NCBI GenBank assembly: GCA_964654815.1
Contig: CAZZLH010000001.1
Span: 1 to 47,578, forward strand
Length of the DNA stretch: 47,578 bases
Reading direction: 5' to 3'
DNA from: an uncultured Actinomycetes bacterium
GTDB taxonomy: Bacteria; Actinomycetota; Actinomycetes; Nanopelagicales; Nanopelagicaceae
The notes under the pieces were generated by a model. The model had not been told where the DNA came from, did no database searches, and saw nothing but the letters and a program-made list of their open reading frames with translations. Shown here in pieces: positions 28,196-37,388 of the stretch (positions are counted from its first letter, which is position 1; every line of letters starts with the position of its first letter). Both the position numbers and the translations under genes were made by a program.

Positions 28196-30694
28196 ATGTT
28201 TGAGCGCTTTACAGATCGAGCTCGCCGAGTAGTCGTATTGGCACAGGAAGAGGCTCGCCTGCTCAATCACAATTACATTGGCACCGAACATATTCTGCTC
28301 GGATTAATCCATGAAGGTGAAGGCGTTGCAGCCAAAGCGCTTGAGTCAATGGGAATCTCACTTGATGCAGTTCGGGGACAGGTAGAAGAGATCATCGGCC
28401 AGGGGCAGCAAGCGCCATCTGGACATATTCCATTTACCCCTCGCGCCAAGAAAGTTCTAGAACTATCTCTACGTGAAGCGTTGCAACTTGGACATAATTA
28501 CATCGGCACCGAACATATTCTTTTAGGTTTGATTCGCGAAGGTGAAGGCGTAGCGGCACAGGTTCTGGTGAAACTTGGCGCAGATTTAAATCGGGTACGT
28601 CAACAAGTTATTCAATTGCTCTCTGGTTATCAAGGTAAAGAGGCGGTCACTCAAGGCGGTCCAGCAGAGGGCACCCCAGCATCTTCGACCATCCTCGATC
28701 AATTTGGTCGCAATTTGACTCAAGCAGCTCGTGAAGGAAAGTTAGATCCAGTAATCGGACGCGATACTGAGATCGAGCGCGTGATGCAGGTTCTCTCACG
28801 TCGCACCAAGAACAATCCAGTTTTGATTGGCGAACCTGGAGTCGGAAAGACTGCAGTTGTAGAAGGTTTAGCCCAAGCCATCGTTCGTAATGATGTGCCT
28901 GAGACCTTGAAAGATAAGCACCTTTACTCGTTAGACCTTGGCGCATTGGTCGCAGGCTCACGTTATCGCGGTGATTTCGAGGAGCGCTTGAAGAAGGTGC
29001 TAAAAGAGATCAAGACCCGCGGAGACATCATTATCTTCATCGATGAGATCCATACTTTGGTCGGTGCCGGCGCAGCTGAAGGTGCGATTGATGCCGCATC
29101 TATCTTGAAGCCGATGTTGGCGCGTGGTGAGTTACAGACAATTGGCGCCACAACGCTTGATGAGTACCGCAAGCATTTAGAGAAGGATGCAGCTCTAGAA
29201 CGTCGCTTCCAACCAATCCAGGTCAAAGAGCCTTCGATTGCACACACCATTGAGATTCTTAAAGGTTTACGCGATCGCTATGAGACCCACCACCGCGTTT
29301 CAATTACCGATGGTGCGCTCGCAGCGGCAGCAAATTATGCAGATCGCTATATCTCTGATCGATTCTTGCCAGATAAGGCGATTGATCTTATTGATGAGGC
29401 AGGCTCTCGCTTACGTATCAAGCGCATGACTGTGCCACCAGAGATCCGCGCATATGATGATCGAATCGCCAACATTCGCCGCGAGAAAGAGTCGGCAATC
29501 GATGGACAAGATTTCGAGAAAGCCGCGAAGTTGCGTGATGATGAGAAGAATCTGATTAACGAGCGCAATGAAAAAGAGAAGGCTTGGAAAGATGGCGCGC
29601 TTGATCAAGTCACCGAAGTAGATGAGGAATTGATCGCACAAGTGCTATCAGCCTCAACCGGAATCCCAGTCTTCAAGTTGACTGAAGAAGAGACTTCACG
29701 ACTATTACATATGGAAGATGAGCTACATAAGCGAGTCATCGGCCAAGAGCAGGCAATCAAGGCGCTCTCTCAAGCGATTCGACGCACCCGCGCAGGTCTA
29801 AAAGATCCGCGCCGCCCTGGTGGCTCATTTATCTTCGCTGGTCCATCTGGTGTAGGTAAGACCGAACTCTCACGCACCTTGGCAAGTTTCTTGTTCGGAG
29901 ATCAGGATGCTTTGATTCAGTTGGATATGTCTGAATACTCAGAGCGCCATACTGCATCTCGACTTTTTGGCGCTCCTCCAGGGTATGTCGGTTATGACGA
30001 AGGTGGGCAGTTAACTGAGAAAGTTCGCCGTCGCCCATTCTCGGTGGTGTTATTCGACGAAATCGAAAAAGCTCACCCAGATATCTTCAACTCTCTATTG
30101 CAAGTCCTTGAAGATGGTCGTCTAACTGATGCGCAAGGTCGCACCGTTGATTTCAAGAACACCATCATCATCATGACCACCAACTTGGGTACTCGAGATA
30201 TCTCAAAGAGCCTGGGACTTGGTTTTGCCAATACCGAAGATACTTTGACCAATTACGAGCGGATGAAGGGCAAAGTTAGCGATGAGCTAAAGAATCACTT
30301 CCGCCCTGAGTTCTTAAATCGTATCGATGACATAATCGTCTTCCACCAGTTGAACCAAGAGCAGATCATTCAGATCGTTGATTTGATGGTGGCAAGCCTT
30401 GATCAGCGCCTCCAATCAAAGGATATGGGTATCGAACTCACTCAGGATGCCAAGTTGTTACTTGCTAAGCGTGGTTATGACCCATTGCTGGGTGCAAGGC
30501 CGCTTCGTCGAGTCATCCAACGCGAGATCGAAGATGCGCTATCAGAGCGGATTCTCTTCAATGAGATCAAGCCTGGTGACATCGTGCTAGTTGGCGTAGA
30601 GGGCGAAGGGGATGCTGCAACATTTACCTTCAAAGGTGAACGCAAAGGTGGCACACCTGATTCGCCGGAGCAATTAGAGCCGGAGGCTATTTAA
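28196..30694 (+). CDS. clpC: ATP-dependent Clp protease ATP-binding subunit ClpC
   Basis: Duplicated Clp_N repeats ([13 protein letters not shown] occurs twice), two AAA+ modules ([16 protein letters not shown]) and a UVR-like linker. AAGGAGG lies upstream. Confidence 0.97.
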   Translation: MFERFTDRARRVVVLAQEEARLLNHNYIGTEHILLGLIHEGEGVAAKALESMGISLDAVRGQVEEIIGQGQQAPSGHIPFTPRAKKVLELSLREALQLGHNYIGTEHILLGLIREGEGVAAQVLVKLGADLNRVRQQVIQLLSGYQGKEAVTQGGPAEGTPASSTILDQFGRNLTQAAREGKLDPVIGRDTEIERVMQVLSRRTKNNPVLIGEPGVGKTAVVEGLAQAIVRNDVPETLKDKHLYSLDLGALVAGSRYRGDFEERLKKVLKEIKTRGDIIIFIDEIHTLVGAGAAEGAIDAASILKPMLARGELQTIGATTLDEYRKHLEKDAALERRFQPIQVKEPSIAHTIEILKGLRDRYETHHRVSITDGALAAAANYADRYISDRFLPDKAIDLIDEAGSRLRIKRMTVPPEIRAYDDRIANIRREKESAIDGQDFEKAAKLRDDEKNLINERNEKEKAWKDGALDQVTEVDEELIAQVLSASTGIPVFKLTEEETSRLLHMEDELHKRVIGQEQAIKALSQAIRRTRAGLKDPRRPGGSFIFAGPSGVGKTELSRTLASFLFGDQDALIQLDMSEYSERHTASRLFGAPPGYVGYDEGGQLTEKVRRRPFSVVLFDEIEKAHPDIFNSLLQVLEDGRLTDAQGRTVDFKNTIIIMTTNLGTRDISKSLGLGFANTEDTLTNYERMKGKVSDELKNHFRPEFLNRIDDIIVFHQLNQEQIIQIVDLMVASLDQRLQSKDMGIELTQDAKLLLAKRGYDPLLGARPLRRVIQREIEDALSERILFNEIKPGDIVLVGVEGEGDAATFTFKGERKGGTPDSPEQLEPEAI

Positions 30695-32049
30695 ACCTTA
30701 ACTCGGTTTATGGCTTGATCAATTCGAGAGACTTCAACAATCTCCATACCTGGCAACTTCACTTCGCTTCCAGTTGGGATTAGCGCGCGCTTGAAACCCA
30801 ACCGAAATGCCTCTTCAAGTCGGCGTTGTACTCCAGAAACTTTTCGAATCTCACCTGCCAAACCGACCTCGCCAATCGCAACTAAATCAGCGGGAAGTGC
30901 CAAACCTTTGGCGGCAGATGCGATGGCAAGTGCGGCAGCGAGATCTGCAGCTGGTTCGGACATCTTCATTCCACCCACAGTTGCGACGTAAACATCGCGA
31001 CCAGAGAGTCGGATATTTGCACGTAACTCAAGAACTGCAAGAGTCATTGAGGTGCGCGAGGAGTCCATACCGCTAGTCACACGACGGGCATTTCCGAAAT
31101 CGTTCTCTCGCCCCGCGCTAACTAGCGCTTGAATCTCCGCAAGTAATGGGCGCCGACCTTCTAGAGTGACTGTTACGCAAGTGCCAGGTACTGGCTCGGC
31201 ATGGCGTGAAGTAAAGAGACCGGTTGGATCAGCTACACCTTGAATACCGGAGTCATTCATATCGAAACATCCAACTTCATCGGATGCGCCAAAACGATTC
31301 TTGATTGCGCGGATCAACCTTAAGCGAGAGTGACGTTCGCCTTCGAAGTTAAGGACCACATCAACGATATGTTCGAGCAGTCTTGGACCTGCGATTGAGC
31401 CATCTTTGGTTACGTGGCCGACTAAGAGAAGCGCGATATCACGCTCTTTGCAAATCCGAATTAGCGCGCCTGCAACCTCGCGGACTTGGGTAACGCCACC
31501 AGGTGCGCCCTCAACTGTTGTGGAGCCGATAGTTTGGATGGAGTCGATAATCAATAGCTCTGGCTTTACCGAATCAATATGTGCGATCACTGCGCCTAAA
31601 TCGGTCTCAGCGGCCAGCCAGAGATTCTGATTTACGGCGCTAATTCTCTCGGCGCGCAGTCTTACTTGAGATGCGCTCTCTTCGCCAGAGATGTAGAGAG
31701 TATGGACGCCATTTGTCGCCACCTGCGCAGCGACGGTAAGTAGTAATGTGGATTTACCGACGCCAGGTTCTCCTGCTAACAAGATCGCAGCCCCTGGCAC
31801 GATGCCACCGCCTAGCACTCGATCTAATTCATCGATTTTGGTGGGTCGTGCAGTAGCGGTGGAGAGATCAACGTTGCCAATTGGCGTTGCAGGTTGAGAA
31901 ACATGTCCGGCTACTAAAGATAATTTCTTTGGTGCGCCAACTTCTTCGACGCTGCCCCATGCCTGACACTCACCACAGCGACCGACCCATTTGGTGCTAC
32001 TCCAACCACACTCAGAGCATTTGAAGGGATCTTGTTTAACTTTTGCCAC
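30691..32049 (-). CDS. radA: DNA repair protein RadA
   Basis: Zinc finger CSECGWSSTKWVGRCGECQAWGS, Walker A GEPGVGKST, KNRFG motif and a Lon-like C-terminal domain. Confidence 0.96.
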   Translation of the reverse strand: MAKVKQDPFKCSECGWSSTKWVGRCGECQAWGSVEEVGAPKKLSLVAGHVSQPATPIGNVDLSTATARPTKIDELDRVLGGGIVPGAAILLAGEPGVGKSTLLLTVAAQVATNGVHTLYISGEESASQVRLRAERISAVNQNLWLAAETDLGAVIAHIDSVKPELLIIDSIQTIGSTTVEGAPGGVTQVREVAGALIRICKERDIALLLVGHVTKDGSIAGPRLLEHIVDVVLNFEGERHSRLRLIRAIKNRFGASDEVGCFDMNDSGIQGVADPTGLFTSRHAEPVPGTCVTVTLEGRRPLLAEIQALVSAGRENDFGNARRVTSGMDSSRTSMTLAVLELRANIRLSGRDVYVATVGGMKMSEPAADLAAALAIASAAKGLALPADLVAIGEVGLAGEIRKVSGVQRRLEEAFRLGFKRALIPTGSEVKLPGMEIVEVSRIDQAINRVKV

Positions 32050-32058
32050 GAGGCAAGA

Positions 32059-32886
32059 TTAGTGTCCAGCGAGGACAGTGGCGGGGTGTTGAATCACAAA
32101 GAGGGGAAGTGACTTCTTCTGGGCCAATTTAATGCCAGCAACACGCTGATCGCAGATCTCTTTTAAGATCTGGTAATTAGCAGCACCAATTAGCGCGGCC
32201 AACTCTTCGCTATTTGAGAGATAGACCGGTTGTTTGCCAACATGAGCTTCGCTATTGCTAGTGCAATACCAATCGAAATCTTCGCCGCCATCTCCCCAAG
32301 CGAGGCGTTCGTACTCTCCGATTATCGTAATCGAATAGGTACGCTCACCAACTTCACGAGTTTCAAAAGATCTTCGTAGGGGAAGTTGCCAGCAAACGTC
32401 GGGTTTTACATCTAGAAAGTGCGAACCTTCATTTAGCGCCAATTGATGTAGCGCACAGCCAAAGATTGGGAATTCACCTTTACGATTTAGGAAGATGCAG
32501 GAACCATTTACAGTGCGAGTCTTCCGCTCATTATCTGCATCCACCTCAGAGATCTTCAACCGCCCCTTTTTGTCGTATGCAATATCGTGGAATTGCCAGA
32601 TATCAGGGGTTAGACGTTTGGCAGCTGCGATGACTCGTTGTTCATCGCCCTTATCTGAGTACATGGCGCCTTCGGTGCAGCAACCAGCATCAGGCTGATC
32701 CTGGAAAACACCCTTACAGCCATCACCATAAATACAGGTCCAATTTGAGGTCAACCAAGTTAAATCACACTTATAAATTTGAAATTCATCATTTGGGTCT
32801 GTGAATTCGACCCAATCACGTGCAAATCCTGCAGCTACCTCAGACATATCCCTGAAGCCTACGGGTAATTCATGATTAATGCACAT
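32059..32886 (-). CDS. Cysteine-rich protein of unknown function (possible metal/Fe-S binding), co-transcribed with radA
   Basis: Contains 12 Cys, in clusters CDLTWLTSNWTCIYGDGCKG, DAGCCTEG, GSCIFLNRKGEFPIFGC and DVCWQLP. It ends 9 nt before the radA start. An alternative start at ATG 32847 has AGGGA upstream. Confidence 0.55.
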   Translation of the reverse strand: MCINHELPVGFRDMSEVAAGFARDWVEFTDPNDEFQIYKCDLTWLTSNWTCIYGDGCKGVFQDQPDAGCCTEGAMYSDKGDEQRVIAAAKRLTPDIWQFHDIAYDKKGRLKISEVDADNERKTRTVNGSCIFLNRKGEFPIFGCALHQLALNEGSHFLDVKPDVCWQLPLRRSFETREVGERTYSITIIGEYERLAWGDGGEDFDWYCTSNSEAHVGKQPVYLSNSEELAALIGAANYQILKEICDQRVAGIKLAQKKSLPLFVIQHPATVLAGH

Positions 32887-32896
32887 CAGATTTAGG

Positions 32897-32902
32897 TAAA
32901 TT
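32897..32902 (+). promoter_or_regulatory. Candidate -10 hexamer TAAATT, 7 nt upstream of proC ATG 32910 (leaderless)
   Basis: A TANNNT match with no Shine-Dalgarno sequence between the hexamer and the ATG. Confidence 0.35.
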
Positions 32903-32909
32903 ACTCGCT

Positions 32910-33701
32910 ATGAGTTTGCCGCAAATCTCGGTAATTGGCGCTGGAGTAATGGGCGAAGCCCTCATAGCTGCGCTAATAAAAGCAGGCCATCAACCAAGTC
33001 AGATTCAGATCCTAGAAAAACGTGAGGATCGCGCCAATGAGTTGGTTTCTCGATATGCCATCAAAATTGGTTCAAAATTAAGCGATAGCGATGTGGTGCT
33101 TTTGGTAGTCAAACCGCAAGATCTCGATGCGCTATTACTCGAAATCAATGGTCAACTTCCTAAATCTGCGTTGGTGATCTCATTTGTAGCTGGGAAGCGC
33201 ATCGCGGCAATATCGGAGAAATTAAGTGGTCAAAATCCAGTTGTGAGAGTTATGCCAAATACTCCGACACTGGTTGGAAAAGGTGCAGCCGGCTACTCAC
33301 TCGGCTCCGATGTAACTTCAACGCAGCGGCAATTTGTGGTGGAGCTTTTGAGCGCAGCTGGCATCTGTGTTGAAGTGGAGGAGAAATTCCAAGATGCGGT
33401 AACTGCCACCAGCGGATCAGGTCCGGCCTACTTCTTTGCCTTTGTAGAAGCGATGGTCAAAGGCGCTAAAGAGTTGGGGTTATCCGATCAAGTAGCCACA
33501 GAGTTAACGATTCAGACCATGATTGGCGCGGCAAAGTTGTTAGAAACCTCCGGCAAGAGCGCCACAGAGTTAAGAGAAAATGTCACCAGTCCAAATGGCA
33601 CAACTTTCGCTGCCTTGCAATCTTTTAGTAGCAGCGAATTAGAGCAGATCGTTGCTAAGGCAATGAAAGCGGCGCATGATCGCTCAATCGAATTGAGTTA
33701 G
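32910..33701 (+). CDS. proC: Pyrroline-5-carboxylate reductase
   Basis: N-terminal Rossmann GAGVMGEA, plus RVMPNTP and SGSGPAY motifs. Confidence 0.94.
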   Translation: MSLPQISVIGAGVMGEALIAALIKAGHQPSQIQILEKREDRANELVSRYAIKIGSKLSDSDVVLLVVKPQDLDALLLEINGQLPKSALVISFVAGKRIAAISEKLSGQNPVVRVMPNTPTLVGKGAAGYSLGSDVTSTQRQFVVELLSAAGICVEVEEKFQDAVTATSGSGPAYFFAFVEAMVKGAKELGLSDQVATELTIQTMIGAAKLLETSGKSATELRENVTSPNGTTFAALQSFSSSELEQIVAKAMKAAHDRSIELS

Positions 33702-34847
33702 ATGAAACGCTTTGTATCAAGATTTGTATCAAGATTTGTATCAAGTTTTTTGGTAATTATCTCTATCTCTTCCGTAGCAGTTAACCCGGGTAATGCAGCC
33801 CTTGTTATCAAACCCTTGAACAAGGTGGCGGCAGTTGAGACAGATTCAAGCGGTGTGATTGCTTTTGGTGATCAGATATTGGTCTATGGCAATCGCGAAA
33901 AGAGTGGATTTGTCCAGGTAGTTAATGGTCCGACCACGGAATTAAGTGGCGATTTGGAGTCTTTTGTTAGCGCAGCGACAGTTGATTCAGAGGGTAACTT
34001 CTATTTTGTAGGCGCCGCCGCAACTCCAATTGTCGGAACTTTGCCACCAATTAGCGGCGTGCTCAATCCAGACAATGTCATGCCAGATCCAATCAGCTCA
34101 AATCGAAGCGATCCAGTTAATCTCTGGTTTTGGAAGTTAGATGGCACAGGGAAGTTATTAGATAGTGGTTCAATGGCTATGCCAGGTCCGGTAATTCCCA
34201 ACTCCATACTGGTAGATAAGTCAGGAATGACCATAGCTGGTGCTATCTACTCCGAACCAGGTAGCCAAGGATTCATTGTCAATTGGAATGAAAAACCATT
34301 CTTGCTCGGAAAGCAGAGCACGCAGATTTTTGGCATCGTGAGAGCAAATGATGGGTCGGTCATCGCAGTAGGGCAGAGCGCAGAGCGTTTAATGGATAAG
34401 AATTTAAAAGGTAAGGCGGATGGATTCCTTGCGCGAATAAGTAATGGAAAGTTAGTGGCAGTACAGAGAAGTTCGGATCCAAAGGCCACGCGCGCATGGC
34501 GCACCACCAACTCCTCATTGGTACTCGGTGGCTTCTCCAATTCTCAAGCTGTGATCACAAGGTTCAATGGAAATTTTCAACCAACTTGGACTGATCGTTA
34601 TGCTGCTTTGAGCGGAGCGCTCACCGCTACAACTGGGAAGAGTTTTTACGGCGCATTTGTATCGAATGGCCCGGTGAGAGCGCTTCCAGCTTGGAAGCGA
34701 AAGGGCGCAACATTATTACTTACGCTAGATGGCAAAGGCGCAATTACCGCGGCAAATTACGTTACCACCACGGATTTTCGAGCTCTCACCGCAAGCAGTA
34801 CCCAAGGAGCAATTATCTTGGCGGGCGGTTTCGTATATCGTGCCTAA
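33702..34847 (+). CDS. Secreted beta-propeller-like repeat protein (SBBP-like repeats), unknown function
   Basis: Signal peptide with repeated RFVS units. Recurring D-x-x-G-N/S-x-Y/I-x-x-G segments are present (VDSEGNFYFVGAA, VDKSGMTIAGAI, ANDGSVIAVGQS). The start codon abuts the proC stop. Confidence 0.5.
   Translation: MKRFVSRFVSRFVSSFLVIISISSVAVNPGNAALVIKPLNKVAAVETDSSGVIAFGDQILVYGNREKSGFVQVVNGPTTELSGDLESFVSAATVDSEGNFYFVGAAATPIVGTLPPISGVLNPDNVMPDPISSNRSDPVNLWFWKLDGTGKLLDSGSMAMPGPVIPNSILVDKSGMTIAGAIYSEPGSQGFIVNWNEKPFLLGKQSTQIFGIVRANDGSVIAVGQSAERLMDKNLKGKADGFLARISNGKLVAVQRSSDPKATRAWRTTNSSLVLGGFSNSQAVITRFNGNFQPTWTDRYAALSGALTATTGKSFYGAFVSNGPVRALPAWKRKGATLLLTLDGKGAITAANYVTTTDFRALTASSTQGAIILAGGFVYRA
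33711..33746 (+). repeat. In-frame 12-bp tandem repeat, 3 copies (TTTGTATCAAGA x2 plus TTTGTATCAAGT)
   Basis: Read directly from the sequence. It encodes (FVSR)x2-FVSS in the n-region of the signal peptide. Confidence 0.9.
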
Positions 34848-34883
34848 GCGCGCTAATCTTCCACCCTCACTACAAGGAGCGAT

Positions 34884-34982
34884 ATGGGTTCAGTTGTAAA
34901 AAAGCGTCGCAAGCGAATGGCGAAGAAGAAGCACAAGAAGCTGCTCAAGAAGACTCGCATTCAGCGCCGTAACGCCAAGTAA
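34884..34982 (+). CDS. Small basic ribosomal protein bS22 (actinobacterial, 32 aa)
   Basis: Not in the ORF track. ATG 34884 is preceded by AAGGAG at 34874-34879. The translation is [32 protein letters not shown], with 17 of 32 residues K/R. It follows the pattern of the mycobacterial ~33-aa bS22, which is likewise encoded near proC. Confidence 0.85.
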   Translation: MGSVVKKRRKRMAKKKHKKLLKKTRIQRRNAK

Positions 34983-34985
34983 TTC

Positions 34986-37358
34986 TTAAGCCTGTAACGA
35001 GACTAATTGCCCGTTGATTCCGGCAATTAACGAACGCACCCCATTAATGGTAAGCCAACCACTTTGGATCGGGTCATCACTCTGCCAACCATTGATTAGT
35101 GAGATCTTCTTGCTCGAAGTATCCAAGGCACAGAGACGTTTCTGACAAGTTATTACGATTGTTGTGCCATTTAGATTTAGTGGCCCATTCGGCGTACCAA
35201 ATTTACTGCTGCTGTAACTTGTCAGGCCAGCGCCGAGTATCTGTACTCGGATTTGGTTGGGGTTAGGCAGAGATGCTCCTGTAGCGGCCAACCAGGTGCC
35301 GACCAATTTTCCGCCTAACTTATCGAGTGCAACTGAATATCCAAGCACCGAAAAATTATCGTTCGGTGAATCTAGAGTCTCGTAACTCCAAGTATTTGCA
35401 GCAGCGCCCAATCTGGTGGCTAATCTGATCTCGCCAGATGTGGCATCTTTCTTCTGATTTACCACCAGTACCGAGTCATAAATTAAATAAGTGGTGCCGC
35501 GCTCTAAGAATGCTTTTAGATGAAAAGCAACATCTCCTGTGGTTCGACCATCGCTTTTACGATCTCCATCAATCAACTCATAGCTCCATTTGTTACCGGT
35601 TTTATTAGCACCCAATAAGACGCCCTGACTCTCATCACGGTAGAAAACCTGTACGGAATTTGTGGTAGCAACACAGGAACTTGAGTAAGAAACATCGCTG
35701 CCGGTGCGGGTTCGGCTTGGTTGGTCGTATGGCTGCACCGCCGCCGCATTTCCATCCACGACTTCAAATGAGGAACCACTCGAAGTTAGTGTGGCATGTC
35801 GTAAATCTTTGTCGACCATATCGCCATAGAAGAGGTGAATTACCTGCCTGCTGCCGCTTCCGGATGTGCAGAGGGATAGATGGCTTCCCAATTTGTTGCT
35901 AGTTCTTCCTGAGTTGCCACCCATGCCATCAATTACCAATTTTCGCCAGGTGCCATTATTGAAAATCGCGGTGCGCAAGGTGCCAGTCTTGCTACTTATG
36001 TAAGCGATGAATGGGCGACCATTGAAATTAGCGGTAGCTAGATATTTAGCATCACTCGCGTTGTCGATAGCAGTTGATTTCCAAGTGGCCACGGGCGTGA
36101 TTGGTTCCGTGGTTACAGGGTCAGAATTCCCGTTTTCATTTATCGCTGTGATACTGAAGGCGTACGAAACTCCATTCTTTAGATTCTTCACCACGTAAGG
36201 GCTAAAGGGGGCAAATACCGAGGCTCCAGTCTTGAGATTCTTTATCTGATAACTAGTTACTTGGGCGGTTCTGACATTTGTCGGAGGATCAAAGGTGATG
36301 ATTGCACTGGCATCGCCAACTAGCGCCTGAACATTACGTACCTGAGTTGGCAGCCCCACTGCAACGCCAGCTGGTGGTTTGACGCGCATATCTTCCATCA
36401 TGCCGAGTAGTAGTGGACCTGGCTCTCGAAATACCTCGCCCGCATCTAGATTTGGCGTCATAACTGAGTTGATTCCGGTGTTTCCAAAAGTCGCTTCATC
36501 TAAGTGCGAAACTGATGATCCGGCTTCGTAACGACTTGGTGTGTACATCTTGGGTTTGATGCCACCATTTGCGTTTATACCTTTGATACCGCTCCAAGAG
36601 AGGTTGTTGGTTAGCGCTCGACCTAATTCCAAACTTGGTGAAGGCAGATCACTTAATCGTCGACCATCGTCTAATTGGAGATATGCATCAAAAGGTGTCG
36701 GTTGTTCAAGCGAGCCGAATCCCAAGGCATATGAATCGGTCGATAGAAAACCAAGTCCATGTCCAATCTCATGAATAAACACAGATTGGAGATCAAATTC
36801 CGAGCCACTTGGTCTGCCATCGTTTCGGGTATTCCATGGCGCTAGGGAATTGACCTGAATTACCATCTCAACTCGGTTCTTATCCAAATCTCTTCCCGCA
36901 AGTGCATTTGCCAGAGCTGAGGGATACCAGAGCGTCGGATCAGGCGCATTTACGAAACTATTGAAGTAGTTACCGGGTCTTGCGCTACCTAATAATCCAT
37001 AAACTGCCGATCTGCCCCAAGTAGCCTCTACATTTATTGGCACATCTGATTGGAAATTTGCGGCCCAAATATCAACTGCCGCTTGCATATCTCGCTCGGC
37101 CCAAGCAGGGAAATTGTTGTAAGTGACTACGAATTTTGATTTAGCCTCAAGTTTGGCACCACCAAAGTTGGTGACGTTTCTGGTTGAACCGATAGGCAAA
37201 GTTGGCGCAGTTGATTGCATTTTTCCGGCGAAGATATATCCCCAAGTTGTCGCTTCGCGGACATTGAACAGGGCGGTTGCTGGAGGAGCAAATAGCGGCG
37301 CAAATAAGATTCCGGTGAAAAAAACCACCAGCGAAGTGGTTAGACGGCCGCGTTTCAC
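34986..37358 (-). CDS. Large secreted multidomain protein: HExxH zinc-metallopeptidase-like domain + fibronectin type III domain + C-terminal beta-propeller-like repeats
   Basis: Signal peptide MKRGRLTTSLVVFFTGILFAPLFAPPATA and motif FIHEIGHGLGFLS. There is an FN3-like segment (VRNVQALVGDASAIITFDPP ... YAFSITAINENGNSDP). Repeated ...W..(L/E)(V/L)IDG... blades occupy the C-terminal 370 aa. GTG start. Confidence 0.6.
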   Translation of the reverse strand: MKRGRLTTSLVVFFTGILFAPLFAPPATALFNVREATTWGYIFAGKMQSTAPTLPIGSTRNVTNFGGAKLEAKSKFVVTYNNFPAWAERDMQAAVDIWAANFQSDVPINVEATWGRSAVYGLLGSARPGNYFNSFVNAPDPTLWYPSALANALAGRDLDKNRVEMVIQVNSLAPWNTRNDGRPSGSEFDLQSVFIHEIGHGLGFLSTDSYALGFGSLEQPTPFDAYLQLDDGRRLSDLPSPSLELGRALTNNLSWSGIKGINANGGIKPKMYTPSRYEAGSSVSHLDEATFGNTGINSVMTPNLDAGEVFREPGPLLLGMMEDMRVKPPAGVAVGLPTQVRNVQALVGDASAIITFDPPTNVRTAQVTSYQIKNLKTGASVFAPFSPYVVKNLKNGVSYAFSITAINENGNSDPVTTEPITPVATWKSTAIDNASDAKYLATANFNGRPFIAYISSKTGTLRTAIFNNGTWRKLVIDGMGGNSGRTSNKLGSHLSLCTSGSGSRQVIHLFYGDMVDKDLRHATLTSSGSSFEVVDGNAAAVQPYDQPSRTRTGSDVSYSSSCVATTNSVQVFYRDESQGVLLGANKTGNKWSYELIDGDRKSDGRTTGDVAFHLKAFLERGTTYLIYDSVLVVNQKKDATSGEIRLATRLGAAANTWSYETLDSPNDNFSVLGYSVALDKLGGKLVGTWLAATGASLPNPNQIRVQILGAGLTSYSSSKFGTPNGPLNLNGTTIVITCQKRLCALDTSSKKISLINGWQSDDPIQSGWLTINGVRSLIAGINGQLVSLQA

Positions 37359-37364
37359 GCATTA

Positions 37365-37381
37365 ACGCTACCAAATACACT
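37365..37381. promoter_or_regulatory. Back-to-back candidate -10 hexamers in a 30-bp divergent spacer (TAGCGT on the minus strand for the metalloprotease gene; TACACT on the plus strand for the glutaredoxin-like gene)
   Basis: TAGCGT (plus coordinates 37365-37370) ends 6 nt before GTG 37358. TACACT (37376-37381) ends 7 nt before ATG 37389. Confidence 0.35.
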
Positions 37382-37388
37382 TACACAC

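Noticed and set aside
34691-34972. 93-aa plus-strand ORF spanning the end of the 33702-34847 gene and the bS22 locus
   Set aside because: It is out of frame with both real genes and has low-complexity, Arg-rich content. The bS22 frame has a canonical Shine-Dalgarno sequence and a recognisable conserved product.
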